From sequence record PQ287320.1: 64,000 nt of DNA; one strand, 5' to 3'. The notes below the pieces were generated by a model. It was given only the letters and a program-made list of their open reading frames with translations, had not been told where the DNA came from and did not search any database. Shown piece by piece: positions 1 to 8,714 of the stretch (the first letter of the stretch is position 1; each line of letters starts with the position of its first letter). A program made the translations under genes and the position numbers.

Positions 1-2
1 GC

Positions 3-779
3 GCCCTGGGCGAAGTTTTGTGGGACTACTATGACTTGCATTATTTCAACCGGAAGAAATCCGAGTGGAAGTACCAAAGATTTGCCTTGGTGTATCAACA
101 ACTTGCGGACGCCGCCTCCGACACCTCGATCGCGTCTAAGTTTCAGACCTACACGACCCTGCCGCACCTGGAGCCGAAGGTGCTGCGCGCCCGCTATGAA
201 GCGGGTCACCGCGACCCCCACGGCCGGCCGATCCCGGACCGCAAGGAGCACTTCCGCCGGGTGGTGACCAGCGTCGACGCGGCCCAGAAAAAGGGCGCGC
301 GCAACGACTACACGGTCGTCCAGGTCTGGGGCGAGACCCACGATCGCAAGCACTACCTGATCTACCAGGAGCGCAAGAAGGTCGAGATCAACGGCCTGAT
401 CGAGATGGTCGAGCGCATCTCCAAGCGCTACGAGGTCGACCACATCCTGGTCGAGGACAAGGGCAACGGCACGGCCTACATCCAGGCGCGGGGCCAGACC
501 GACAGCCAACGCCGGCTGGCGCCGGCCCCGATCGAGGCCATCCAGGTCCCCAGCACCTACTCCAAGGAGTTCCGCTTCAACGAGGTGGTGCCGATGATCG
601 AGGCGGGCGAGGTCTACCTGCCCGAGAAGAGCCAGTGGCTCGACCTGTTCATCCGCGAAGTCGGGCAGTTCCCCGAAGGCGCCCACGATGACCAAGTCGA
701 CGCCATGACGCAGTACCTCCGCTGGGCCAAGTCCAAGCGCACCCGGTTCGGGGCGCGCAAGGTCGGCTCGATGGGCTGA
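3..779 (+). CDS. terL: Terminase large subunit, C-terminal nuclease domain (5'-truncated by window)
   Basis: Motifs VEDKGNG, KEFRF..VVPMIEAGEVYLP and HDDQVDAMTQ are typical of the TerL RNase H-like domain; frame is open to the window start. Confidence 0.9.
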   Translation, partial: ALGEVLWDYYDLHYFNRKKSEWKYQRFALVYQQLADAASDTSIASKFQTYTTLPHLEPKVLRARYEAGHRDPHGRPIPDRKEHFRRVVTSVDAAQKKGARNDYTVVQVWGETHDRKHYLIYQERKKVEINGLIEMVERISKRYEVDHILVEDKGNGTAYIQARGQTDSQRRLAPAPIEAIQVPSTYSKEFRFNEVVPMIEAGEVYLPEKSQWLDLFIREVGQFPEGAHDDQVDAMTQYLRWAKSKRTRFGARKVGSMG

Positions 780-812
780 ACAAGGCCCGTTAACCACGTT
801 CGTTCACCCTTT

Positions 813-855
813 CCTGGCCTGTTAACCTTACCACCGTGAGGGTTAACAGGCCAGG
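813..855. repeat. 15-bp perfect inverted repeat, each arm containing GTTAAC
   Basis: CCTGGCCTGTTAACC (813-827) / GGTTAACAGGCCAGG (841-855). Confidence 0.85.
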
Positions 856-980
856 GACCCTGCGAAATTAACCCTCGGGACCCTCCGAATCCATCGGCCG
901 GGGACCCTTGGAATTCAAACGCCGGGGACCCTCCAAATTCAACCCTCGGGGACCCTCCGAATCCATCGGCCGGGGACCCT
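854..980 (+). repeat. Tandem ~24-bp repeat, six copies of the GGGACCCT core
   Basis: Cores at 854, 877, 901, 925, 949, 973. Confidence 0.9.
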
Positions 981-1000
981 CCAAATTCATGGAGCCGGCG

Positions 1001-1204
1001 ATGGCCGATTTTCTCGCCCTGATCCCCAACCTCGCCCCGTTCCTGGCCCTGGCGATCCTGGTCTTCGTCCTGGCCGAGATCGTCTGGGAGGTCTGCCTGT
1101 GGGTCTACGGCCTGACCACCCTGTTCAGGCTGCACCGCGACGACGTGGCCGAGGCCTTGAGCCTGGAGCGCGCCCTGTCGCCGTTCGACCCGCCGCCCGC
1201 CTGA
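1001..1204 (+). CDS. Small membrane protein
   Basis: Hydrophobic stretch FLALAILVFVLAEIVW; start placed downstream of the repeat array. Confidence 0.6.
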   Translation: MADFLALIPNLAPFLALAILVFVLAEIVWEVCLWVYGLTTLFRLHRDDVAEALSLERALSPFDPPPA

Positions 1205-1272
1205 TCTTGTCACTCTCTGAGGGTTTCGTGACAAGGTGAGATATTTCACAACGATTTCAAAGGCTTAGCGCC

Positions 1273-1521
1273 ATGGCGGTCCGCAGCGCCATCCACGATC
1301 TGGCCGTCCGTTTGGTCGTTTTGGGGTGGATTTATGCCAAAAATCCCCGAAAAACCGCCCCAAAAGGGCATAATTTTCAGCCCAATCCGCCGGTCCAGGC
1401 CTATCGCCAGACCTTGCGGGAGTACGTCCGGGCCTATCAGGTCATGATGGCCTCGGCGGGCGCGATCACGATCTCAGGGATTCGTCAAGTGGTCGACTTC
1501 GCCAAGGGCCGCTTGTCATAG
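1273..1521 (+). CDS. Hypothetical protein
   Basis: 82-aa ORF in the coding orientation. Confidence 0.45.
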   Translation: MAVRSAIHDLAVRLVVLGWIYAKNPRKTAPKGHNFQPNPPVQAYRQTLREYVRAYQVMMASAGAITISGIRQVVDFAKGRLS

Positions 1522-1582
1522 ACCATCGGTTTTGTGACCCAATCACGATCCCGTTACCGCTCCAGCCCTTGTGAGGCCTCGG

Positions 1583-1741
1583 ATGAGCCCGTTCTGTTGG
1601 TATGTCAGCCTCGCCGGCCTCGTGGTCGCCGCCCGCCTGCTCTACTGGGGCCTGATCGAGGCGCCGCAGGGCTGGCTCACCGACGATCTGCTCGATCTCT
1701 ATGACCGGCTGACCCGTTCCAAGCGCCACCCCGGTCCCTGA
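1583..1741 (+). CDS. Small membrane protein (52 aa, below the ORF-track cutoff)
   Basis: Hand-translated MSPFCWYVSLAGLVVAARLLYWGLIE...; GC3-rich codons. Confidence 0.5.
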   Translation: MSPFCWYVSLAGLVVAARLLYWGLIEAPQGWLTDDLLDLYDRLTRSKRHPGP

Positions 1742-1789
1742 AGCGTCCCATCTGACGCCCAGGCGCCCCGGCCGCCCTATCTGACCGAC

Positions 1790-1946
1790 TTGACGCCCTC
1801 GTGTTCCTCTGAACGCGGGGGCGTTTTGACGTGGGGGCATTTTCGTCTTGACGCGGGAGCGTTTTGACGTCCGAGCGTTTTGACGCGGGCGCATTTTCGA
1901 TTCGACGGGCGAGCGTTTTGACGTCCGGACGTTTTTCAACTTGACG
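1790..1946 (+). repeat. Array of seven TTGACG hexamers (four as GCGTTTTGACG)
   Basis: TTGACG at 1790, 1826, 1848, 1864, 1880, 1918, 1941. Confidence 0.85.
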
Positions 1947-1975
1947 TCGTTTCATTTACCGGGAGCGCGTTAGGG

Positions 1976-2177
1976 TTAACGGGCCTGTTCACCGCCGGGA
2001 CCTTAACCACTTTGGCGTTAACCTTGGCCCTGTTAACCTATCGGTTGTTAAGGTTAACGCCCCGGAGCCGTTCACCCTGCCCGCGTTAAGGTTAACACCC
2101 CGTTAGGGTTACCGCCGGGCGCGCCCAGGCCCTACCGGGCCATACCGGGTATGGCCGGCCCTACAGGTTAGGGTTAA
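1976..2177. repeat. TTAA(C) half-site cluster with a 19-bp palindrome
   Basis: TTAA at 1976, 2003, 2018, 2033, 2048, 2054, 2086, 2092, 2174; GGCCATACC-G-GGTATGGCC at 2138-2156. Confidence 0.75.
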
Positions 2178-2260
2178 CGCCCGGCGAGCGCCCAGCCCCG
2201 CCGTAGCGCCCCTGCGGTTCGAAGAGCCCAGCCCAGCCGGGTCCCGCCCGGCGACCCTAC

Positions 2261-2292
2261 ACCCTAGAGGCCATTCCTTAACAAAACGTAAA
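2261..2292 (-). promoter_or_regulatory. Divergent CtrA-box promoter cassette
   Basis: Minus strand reads TTTA-CGTTTTG-TTAA, 11 bp, TAGGGT; same layout as the forward cassettes. Confidence 0.65.
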
Positions 2293-2321
2293 CGGCGCAC
2301 CTCCGCAGAATCTTTTTCGCG

Positions 2322-2385
2322 TTTACTTTTTGTTAAGATTTTGCGCCCATAGTCCCCTTGTCGCCCGGCAATCCCGCCCGGCCTT
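2322..2385 (+). promoter_or_regulatory. CtrA-box promoter cassette 1 with AATCCC-loop leader hairpin
   Basis: TTTA-N7-TTAA 2322-2336; loop 2370-2375. Confidence 0.7.
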
Positions 2386-2399
2386 GGAGCCTTCGCCCC

Positions 2400-2582
2400 A
2401 TGATCCCCGACTCGCTGCGCAACCCGCGCGATCACTTCACCCTGATGACGGAAGCCAAGGCGCGCGACCTCGTCGCCCGCTTCGCCCAAACCGATCCGGG
2501 CGAGGATTACCGCGCCGAACCCAAGGGCGCCGGCTATGCCATCGCCTATTACGACGCGGGCGAATTCGTCGCCTACCTCTAA
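2400..2582 (+). CDS. Early hypothetical protein
   Basis: ATG after cassette 1 and GGAG RBS. Confidence 0.65.
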   Translation: MIPDSLRNPRDHFTLMTEAKARDLVARFAQTDPGEDYRAEPKGAGYAIAYYDAGEFVAYL

Positions 2583-2603
2583 CCTTCGGACCCTGACAGC
2601 GCT

Positions 2604-2665
2604 TTAACGGTTTGTTAACTTGTGGCTGTCAGGGTCGCCCTTGCCCGGCGCATCCCGCGCCCTTG
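2604..2665 (+). promoter_or_regulatory. CtrA-box promoter cassette 2 with ATCCC-loop hairpin
   Basis: Perfect TTAA-CGGTTTG-TTAAC 2604-2619; CAGGGT at 2630. Confidence 0.8.
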
Positions 2666-2676
2666 GAGATTGCCCC

Positions 2677-3344
2677 ATGCCCCGCACCGTCGTCAAACAG
2701 GTGTATCAATACGACGAATTGACCCCCGCCGCGCAAGAAAAGGCCCGCGATTGGTTCCGCGACATGCTGGACCGCACGGGCGACAACGGATTCGCCGAAC
2801 CGGTCCTAGAAGACGCCCGGACCGCCGCCGCCGCCCTGGGCGTGACCTTCAAGGCCGCGCGCGGGGGCGACCCGGTGTCATGGTCCGGCTTCTACAGCCA
2901 AGGCGACGGCGCCAGCTTCGAGGGCGATTACGCCGCCCCCGAAAAACCGGCCCTGGACGTGATCAAGGCCACGTTCCCGGCCGACAACTGGTTGCAGGCC
3001 CTCGCCGCCGAACTGGACGCGCTACAGGCCCGCCACGGGGGCGCCTGGGCGCCGAAGTCACCCGCGCGCGCGGCTCGCACTATGTCCACTCGCTCACGGT
3101 CGATATTGACGTTTTCGAGCACGTCGAGAGCGACGAGGAACACGACGACGGAAAGGCCCCGGTTTCGGATGAAACCGCCGGCGCCGTGGCCCGCAACCTG
3201 CGCGCGTTCATGGATTGGATATGGGATGAACTGCGCGACTCCTATGAAGCCGAACGCGACGACTCCGCCGTCGCCGAGTCGATCCGGGCGAACGAATATG
3301 AATTCGAGGCGGACGGCGCCCGCTCGCGCGAACCGGCGCAATGA
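2677..3344 (+). CDS. Conserved phage/plasmid protein often labelled 'antitoxin of TA stability system' (frameshifted ~3045)
   Basis: YQYDEL..AAQEKARDW, WSGFYSQGDGASFEG and SIRANEYEF motifs split over two ORF-track frames. Confidence 0.7.
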
Positions 3345-3538
3345 AGGTCGCCCGCGACGCCTTCGCCGTGTTCTGGACCCTCCCGCAAGGCGGGGTCCAG
3401 TTTCACGCCGACATGAAACGCGCCCTGTACCCGTCCGCCAAGATCGCCCGCGACGCCTTCCACGCCATGTTCCCCGGCCATCGGGTGCGCAGCGTGCGCG
3501 ACGCGTCCGGCCGCTTCCTCGCCTTCAAAGGAGCCTAA
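3341..3538 (+). CDS. Early hypothetical protein
   Basis: ATGA overlap with upstream stop. Confidence 0.6.
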   Translation: MKVARDAFAVFWTLPQGGVQFHADMKRALYPSAKIARDAFHAMFPGHRVRSVRDASGRFLAFKGA

Positions 3539-3544
3539 GAGACC

Positions 3545-3801
3545 ATGCGCGCTTACCTGCAATTCGGGACCGCCCCGGCCCGTTCCAAACCGTGGAAGTT
3601 CCGGCCCGTGAGGCGGAAATGGGCTTTCACAAGCGGGGCCAGACCTGGACCGCCTCCGGTCTCGGCGAGTGCATCCCCGCGCCCTTCATGGTCCAGTACA
3701 ACGGCCGGTGGCGTCGGGTGTACATGGAAAAATGGCACACGCATAAGACGTACTATATCGGCCCCAATCGCGCCCGCCTCGCGACGGTCATTTTCGCCTG
3801 A
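3545..3801 (+). CDS. Early hypothetical protein (probable frameshift ~3590)
   Basis: MRAYLQFG... joins ...EAEMGFHKRGQTWTASGLG after a -1 shift. Confidence 0.5.
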
Positions 3802-3806
3802 CAGAG

Positions 3807-3840
3807 CGCCCCGGAAAATTTTCCGGGGCGTTTACTTTTT
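3807..3840 (+). terminator. Intrinsic terminator whose U-tract is the left CtrA half-site
   Basis: 24-bp palindrome CGCCCCGGAAAATTTTCCGGGGCG followed by TTTACTTTTT. Confidence 0.75.
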
Positions 3841-3890
3841 GTTAAGATTTTACCCTCTAAGGTCATCTTGTCGGCGCATCCCGCGCCCTG
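3831..3890 (+). promoter_or_regulatory. CtrA-box promoter cassette 3 with ATCCC-loop hairpin
   Basis: TTTA-N7-TTAA 3831-3845; TAAGGT 3858. Confidence 0.7.
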
Positions 3891-3899
3891 GAGATTTGC

Positions 3900-4100
3900 A
3901 TGTCCGATCAAACCGATATGAAGCCTCAACAGGACTTCACCCGCCCGGCCGTCAATGACAAAACCGGGCATTGCGTTTCGTGTGGCCGGGACAATCGCGG
4001 CTATGAGGGCGAACCGTGCGATTCTGATTGCCCCATGTATTGGGAAGAAATCGGAATCCCGCACCCTGATCACGGGACCTTCAAGGAGTCCGCTCAATGA
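3900..4100 (+). CDS. Small Cys-containing early protein
   Basis: CVSC...PCDSDCP; GGAG RBS. Confidence 0.6.
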   Translation: MSDQTDMKPQQDFTRPAVNDKTGHCVSCGRDNRGYEGEPCDSDCPMYWEEIGIPHPDHGTFKESAQ

Positions 4101-4237
4101 ACAAGTATGATCTTGCCGCGCTGCTTTCGCGAGCCGCCGCCGCTCTGGAAACCCCCGCCGACCTTTCCCCCGATGAGGTGCAGGACCTGATTACGGACTT
4201 GGACAAGGCGCGCGAAGAGATACAGGCTGAACTATGA
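4097..4237 (+). CDS. Small helical early protein (46 aa)
   Basis: Hand-translated MNKYDLAALLSRAAAALETP...; ATGA overlap. Confidence 0.55.
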   Translation: MNKYDLAALLSRAAAALETPADLSPDEVQDLITDLDKAREEIQAEL

Positions 4238-4245
4238 TCGAAGGG

Positions 4246-4280
4246 ACGCCCCGGAAGATTTTCCGGGGCGTTTACTTTTT
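4246..4280 (+). terminator. Intrinsic terminator, near-copy of 3807-3840
   Basis: ACGCCCCGGAA/TTCCGGGGCGT plus TTACTTTTT. Confidence 0.75.
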
Positions 4281-4332
4281 GTTAAGACTTTGGCTGATAG
4301 TGTCCCCTGGCCGCCGGGCAATCCCGCCCGCC
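4271..4332 (+). promoter_or_regulatory. CtrA-box promoter cassette 4 with AATCCC-loop hairpin
   Basis: TTTA-N7-TTAA 4271-4285; TAGTGT 4298; loop 4320-4325. Confidence 0.7.
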
Positions 4333-4350
4333 GCTTTGGAGTTTCGGCCC

Positions 4351-4866
4351 ATGCCGCAATTCGTTCTCGACACGTCGGGCCAAGTCGCCCCGCCCGCTTC
4401 GGCCAAGCTTTGGCCGCACCCGCTGCGCTGGGATCAACTGAGCCCCTTCGCCCAAGGCTATATCGAGGCCCTGTTTTTCACCGAAAGCGCCCCGCATGTG
4501 ACCTCGCGCCAGTTCATGACCAAGGCCTATCAAAAGCGCCTGGAAAACGGCGAGGTTGACGGTTCCTTGCCGGGCGATGTCGGCTTTTCCGACCTCGCGC
4601 CCGACACCCTCAACGCCATTTTGCGCGAGTGCGGCGATTTTCAGCGCGACAACGCCGACGCCCTGGCCAAGGCCTATGACCACGGGGGCGTTTCGGGCGA
4701 CTACGACGAGGCCGCCGCCGGCCGGGATTATTGGTACACCCGCAACGGCCATGGCGTCGGGTTCTGGGATCGCGGCCTCGCCGATATCGCCGAGGCCCTG
4801 GCCAGCGCCGCCGGCTATAGCGAGCGCTACGCCTCGTTTTACAACGGTAAAGTTCACCTCGATTAA
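4351..4866 (+). CDS. Conserved early phage protein (TRNGHG.GFWDRG motif)
   Basis: Motif AGRDYWYTRNGHGVGFWDRG; GGAG RBS. Confidence 0.75.
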   Translation: MPQFVLDTSGQVAPPASAKLWPHPLRWDQLSPFAQGYIEALFFTESAPHVTSRQFMTKAYQKRLENGEVDGSLPGDVGFSDLAPDTLNAILRECGDFQRDNADALAKAYDHGGVSGDYDEAAAGRDYWYTRNGHGVGFWDRGLADIAEALASAAGYSERYASFYNGKVHLD

Positions 4867-4900
4867 GCTTTTGTTAAGACTTGGCCTCTAGGGTCAAGTC
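4863..4900 (+). promoter_or_regulatory. CtrA-box promoter cassette 5
   Basis: TTAA-GCTTTTG-TTAA 4863-4877 (contains upstream stop codon); TAGGGT 4889. Confidence 0.8.
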
Positions 4901-4954
4901 ATCGGCGCCGGGGCTGGATACCCCGGCGCGTCAACCCCGAAAGGAGTCCATACC

Positions 4955-5704
4955 GTGGCCTTTGGTCAATATTCCCATACCCCGCAAGTCCGCCGCTCCA
5001 AGCGCGACATGGTCGCCAGCCTCCCCGCCGACGTGCAAGCCGCCCTGGCTTCGGCCAAGCTCGCCGCGCGCAACACCCTGGATTACACGACGTCGGACGG
5101 GACGCGACGCGTTCGCCTGCATGACACCGACGTCCTGACCATGACCCCGGACGGCCGCGTCATGATCAACACGGGCGGCTGGAACACCCTGACCACGCGC
5201 GACCGGATCAACGGATTCGCCCCGCCTCACGTGCAGGTCTACAGCGACAAGGGACAACCGAACGTGCGCGCCGTCGCCGCTGGCGAGTCGCTGGGCTGGG
5301 ATAAGCCGGCCGCGTCGAAGGCTTTCGACAAGGCCGCGACCGTCTACCCGGACGGCCGAATCGAGGTCGACGCCAGCCCCGACCAACTGGCGATCACCCC
5401 GGCCCTGATCAAGCGCTATCTCGCCGCCTTCAAGGCCGGCTTCCCGTTCAACTCAAAGGGCGACCCGTGGATTTCGCCCGGCGCCGTCGTCGATCATGCT
5501 ACGGCCCTGGACTGGCTGGGCGCCGAGAGCGGCAAGCCCTACCTGTTCGACTCGATCCTCTATCATGCGCATATCGCGGCCGGGATTTCGGAGGTCGGCG
5601 CGCGCATGTACATGGGCGACCTCATGCGCGACCCCTCGCGCCTGGACCGCTTCCACCTCGACCGCATCCGCCGTTACTTCAAGCGCGCCTTGCGCGAAGG
5701 GTGA
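4955..5704 (+). CDS. Conserved early phage protein (LHDT..INTGGW.T.TT..RIN motif)
   Basis: AAAGGAG RBS; 249-aa ORF. Confidence 0.75.
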   Translation: MAFGQYSHTPQVRRSKRDMVASLPADVQAALASAKLAARNTLDYTTSDGTRRVRLHDTDVLTMTPDGRVMINTGGWNTLTTRDRINGFAPPHVQVYSDKGQPNVRAVAAGESLGWDKPAASKAFDKAATVYPDGRIEVDASPDQLAITPALIKRYLAAFKAGFPFNSKGDPWISPGAVVDHATALDWLGAESGKPYLFDSILYHAHIAAGISEVGARMYMGDLMRDPSRLDRFHLDRIRRYFKRALREG

Positions 5705-5709
5705 CCAGA

Positions 5710-5745
5710 GCCGGCCGCGCCTTGGAGGGCGCGGCCGGCCTTTTC
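5710..5745 (+). terminator. Intrinsic terminator
   Basis: GCCGGCCGCGCC/GGCGCGGCCGGC stem plus CTTTTC. Confidence 0.75.
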
Positions 5746-5755
5746 CGTGTACGCG

Positions 5756-5818
5756 TTTATGTTTTGTTAAGACTTTAGAGGCTAATGTCCCCTTGCCGCC
5801 GGGCAATCCCGCCCGGCC
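5756..5818 (+). promoter_or_regulatory. CtrA-box promoter cassette 6 with AATCCC-loop hairpin
   Basis: TTTA-N7-TTAA 5756-5770; TAATGT 5783; GCCGGGC-AATCCC-GCCCGGC. Confidence 0.75.
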
Positions 5819-5841
5819 GCCCGCTCAAAGGATCGTTCCCC

Positions 5842-6453
5842 ATGGCCCGTCACGCCAAAGTCACCAAGGCCGAACAAGCCGAAGCCGTCGCCAGCCTGCG
5901 CAAGCTCTTGAAGCCGGGCGACTCGGTTTACTGCATCTTGCGTCACGTCTCGTCGTCGGGAATGTTGCGGGTCATTGACCTTGCTATCCCGGTCACCGGG
6001 ACCCGGACGAACACCCTTCCGGCCGGCGCGCGCGGCTTCAAGGTCGGGGTCGAGGCCTATTACACCGAACGCGACTCGCATCGGGCGTTCTCGTCGGGCG
6101 TGGTCAAGGCTTTCGACGCCGACACCGTGACCATAGCCTATCAGGCCACCGCCGACGGCCGGGGCGTGGCGGAGGAACTGACCTTCCCGCGCGCCAAGGT
6201 GAAGTTCTACAAGCGCGAGAGCTACCCCGCCATTCGCAATATCGGCTATCTCGCCGCCCGCGCCATGGGCGACACGTGGGATAGCGACCGCCTGGGAATC
6301 AAGGTCGGCGGGTGCGGGATGGATATGGGTTTTCATCTGGTCTACAGCCTCGGCCGCACCCTCTGGCCGAACGGGACGCCCAAGCCCCATAGCACCCGCA
6401 ACGGCGAACCCGACCGCGACGGCGGTTATGCGCTGAAAAAGGAATGGCTTTAA
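5842..6453 (+). CDS. Conserved early phage protein (RHVSSSGM...GCGMDMGFHLVY motif)
   Basis: AAAGGA RBS; recognisable motif. Confidence 0.75.
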   Translation: MARHAKVTKAEQAEAVASLRKLLKPGDSVYCILRHVSSSGMLRVIDLAIPVTGTRTNTLPAGARGFKVGVEAYYTERDSHRAFSSGVVKAFDADTVTIAYQATADGRGVAEELTFPRAKVKFYKRESYPAIRNIGYLAARAMGDTWDSDRLGIKVGGCGMDMGFHLVYSLGRTLWPNGTPKPHSTRNGEPDRDGGYALKKEWL

Positions 6454-6510
6454 CCTCTTGTTAAGAGTTTAGGCCCTAGGGTCCTTGGACGGCCGGGCAA
6501 TCCCGCCCCG
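6450..6510 (+). promoter_or_regulatory. CtrA-box promoter cassette 7 with AATCCC-loop hairpin
   Basis: TTAA-CCTCTTG-TTAA 6450-6464; TAGGGT 6477. Confidence 0.8.
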
Positions 6511-6531
6511 CCGTCCAAGGATCGCTAGACC

Positions 6532-6882
6532 ATGCAAAACGTCCCCGTCGGTTTCCGCTTCGAACGCTTCGGCGCCGCCTATGTCGTTCGCCCCGGCCTG
6601 CGCTATGTCCCGGCGCAATACGCCGCCGACCCCGCCCGCCGGGGCTGGACCCTGCAAAATTCCGACCTTAAGGCCCTGCTGGGCTGGGCGCCCAAGCTTC
6701 CCCGTGAGGCCGTCGCGCCGGCCATGGTCGGCGACGTGTCGGTTTACGTCCTGAGCGCCGCCGAAGCCGCCGCCAAGCGTCCGGGCAAGGGTCGCCCGCA
6801 TCGCGTCATGGCCGTTTGCCCGGCCTGCGCCGCCCATGTCCCGGCCGGGCGCATCGGGCAACACAAATGCAAGGCGCGTTAA
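6532..6882 (+). CDS. Early protein with C-terminal C2H2-like Zn motif
   Basis: CPAC...GRIGQHKC. Confidence 0.65.
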   Translation: MQNVPVGFRFERFGAAYVVRPGLRYVPAQYAADPARRGWTLQNSDLKALLGWAPKLPREAVAPAMVGDVSVYVLSAAEAAAKRPGKGRPHRVMAVCPACAAHVPAGRIGQHKCKAR

Positions 6883-6942
6883 CCTCCTGTTAACTTCTGG
6901 CCTCTAGGGTGGCTTTGCGGGCGGGGGATCGCCCCCGCCCTT
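6879..6942 (+). promoter_or_regulatory. CtrA-box promoter cassette 8 with variant leader hairpin
   Basis: TTAA-CCTCCTG-TTAAC 6879-6894; TAGGGT 6905; GGGCGGGGG-ATCG-CCCCCGCCC. Confidence 0.8.
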
Positions 6943-6960
6943 CCATCGGAGACAGCGCCC

Positions 6961-7233
6961 ATGACCCGCGCTCAAGCCCTCGCCGAAATGAACGCCCTTC
7001 CCGGCATCCTCGCCTCTTTCGAGCGCGAGACGGGCGAATATCGCGTCACCCTGCGCTTTGGCCCGCTCCCCATGGGGCGCGGCGCCCAAGAGTGGATGCG
7101 CAACCGCCGTGAGGCCGTCGCCAGCTACAGCGACGACAAGGCCGACGCCCTGGCCACCGCCCGCGACATGTCCGCCCGCTGGGAGGCGATGAGCGCCGAA
7201 GAGCGCAACCGCCTCTATCACAACCCCGCGTAA
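6961..7233 (+). CDS. Early hypothetical protein
   Basis: GGAG RBS after cassette 8. Confidence 0.65.
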   Translation: MTRAQALAEMNALPGILASFERETGEYRVTLRFGPLPMGRGAQEWMRNRREAVASYSDDKADALATARDMSARWEAMSAEERNRLYHNPA

Positions 7234-7262
7234 CCTTTTGTTAAGACCTCGCCGCTACGGTG
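7230..7262 (+). promoter_or_regulatory. CtrA-box promoter cassette 9
   Basis: GTAA-CCTTTTG-TTAA 7230-7244; TACGGT 7256. Confidence 0.65.
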
Positions 7263-7297
7263 GCGAGGTCAAACAACCCCCGGAAGGATCGACTCCC

Positions 7298-7576
7298 ATG
7301 CGTAAGCCCCTGACCAAGGAACAAAAGGCCCGCCGCCGCCAGACGCGCCGCGCCGCCCGCCTCAACTGGTCTGATGAACGCCGCGCCCGCGAGTATGAGC
7401 GCCAGACTCGCTTTTTCCACATGATCGCCCTTCGCGCCCAAGCGGCCGGAGACAAGCGCGAGGCCATGCGCCTTGCGACCCTGGCCAGCAAGAAACACAC
7501 TTTCGCCCGTCTGGCGCAATCGTGCGCCCGCATTAACGCGCTCGCGGTTCATCCGTGGGCGTCGGTCGCCGCCTAA
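7298..7576 (+). CDS. Basic Arg-rich early protein
   Basis: GGAAGGA RBS. Confidence 0.65.
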   Translation: MRKPLTKEQKARRRQTRRAARLNWSDERRAREYERQTRFFHMIALRAQAAGDKREAMRLATLASKKHTFARLAQSCARINALAVHPWASVAA

Positions 7577-7588
7577 GGAGCCCCGCCC

Positions 7589-7879
7589 GTGACCTTCATT
7601 CCCTCCCCGCCCATGTCGCACCCTCACGCCCTGGCCGTCATCGCCCTGGCCGGGCGCGTTCTGGACCTCGCGCGCCTCCCCGGCGCCGATCAACGCGCCG
7701 CCGCGATTGATCTTGTCGGCGACCTCTACGCCCTGGCCGACTCCATCGACGTGACCGCCGGCCACCTCGTCGGCGCCGTCGGCGCGTCCCTGGACGGGAC
7801 CGCCCCGGCCGATCACCTGCGCGCCGCCCTGGACGCGTACAACCAAGCCGCCGCCCTGGCCTTGCCGGAAGCCGCCTGA
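7589..7879 (+). CDS. Early hypothetical protein
   Basis: AAGGAG RBS, GTG start. Confidence 0.6.
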   Translation: MTFIPSPPMSHPHALAVIALAGRVLDLARLPGADQRAAAIDLVGDLYALADSIDVTAGHLVGAVGASLDGTAPADHLRAALDAYNQAAALALPEAA

Positions 7880-7881
7880 CC

Positions 7882-8472
7882 ATGAACCCGAACCGCTACC
7901 GCCTCGCGCCCCGCGACCGCTTCAGCCGCGACCTAGCCGAAACCCTCTATCAGGCCGCCGAAGCCGTCGCCCGCGTGATTCCCCTCGTGCCCGAAACCGC
8001 CCCCGATGAGCGCCGCGCGCTGGGCAAGGTCCGCGCCGACCTGCTCACCCATAGCGCCGGCGCCCTCGTGCCCAAGCCGCCGGCCGCCGTGCTCGCAACC
8101 CTCGTTTGGGTTGTCGAGATGGCGCAAGATCGCGCGACCAACGCCGATTTCAACACCGCCCAAGAGGGACTCGACGAACACGAGTCCCTAGCCTTTGTCG
8201 CCGACTGGCTGGAAGCCGAAGGCCAAGACGTGACGCCGATTCGCAACGCGCAACCGTCCGCCGACGCCCTGGCCGAACTCGCCGCCCGCCGCGACGCCGA
8301 ACAAGAGGCCCTGGACGCCCTGGAAGCCGCCGCCCTGACCGAAGAGCCGGGCGACGTGATCACCGACGCCTTGCGCCCCTATCTGGGCGCCATCCTGGCC
8401 GAAACCCACTCTGACGACGTGCTGGCGGCGCTGGACCGCGCCGGCTTCGCGATCACCCGCAAGGAGGCTTAA
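7882..8472 (+). CDS. Early hypothetical protein
   Basis: 196-aa ORF, operon-packed. Confidence 0.7.
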   Translation: MNPNRYRLAPRDRFSRDLAETLYQAAEAVARVIPLVPETAPDERRALGKVRADLLTHSAGALVPKPPAAVLATLVWVVEMAQDRATNADFNTAQEGLDEHESLAFVADWLEAEGQDVTPIRNAQPSADALAELAARRDAEQEALDALEAAALTEEPGDVITDALRPYLGAILAETHSDDVLAALDRAGFAITRKEA

Positions 8473-8477
8473 AGACC

Positions 8478-8711
8478 ATGGAAGCCCGAGTCATCCCCGG
8501 CCCCGTCCCGTCCGCCCTGGATGCGGCTTGCCATGCCGTCACGTGCGGTTATGGCAAGCTGCAAAGCGCCGCCTTCCAACGCGGTGCCTCCTACGCCCGC
8601 CTAGGCCTCCCCGTCGACGACTCCGGCCGCTTCGGCGCCTATGTCCGCGCCGGCGCCACGTGGGTTGAAAACGAAACCAACCGCCGCGCCGCGCAACGGG
8701 AGGCCCGCTAG
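8478..8711 (+). CDS. Early hypothetical protein
   Basis: AAGGAGG RBS. Confidence 0.6.
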   Translation: MEARVIPGPVPSALDAACHAVTCGYGKLQSAAFQRGASYARLGLPVDDSGRFGAYVRAGATWVENETNRRAAQREAR

Positions 8712-8714
8712 ATC

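Noticed and set aside
854-980. CRISPR array
   Set aside because: Period is only 24 bp, inter-core sequences are themselves repeated rather than unique spacers, and no cas genes are present
908-1000. N-terminal extension RGPS repeats of the 908-1204 ORF
   Set aside because: This is read-through of the DNA repeat; the hydrophobic protein starts better at 989/1001
1970-2178. TTAGGG telomere-like repeats
   Set aside because: Only three scattered copies, explained by TTAA half-site context; no protelomerase
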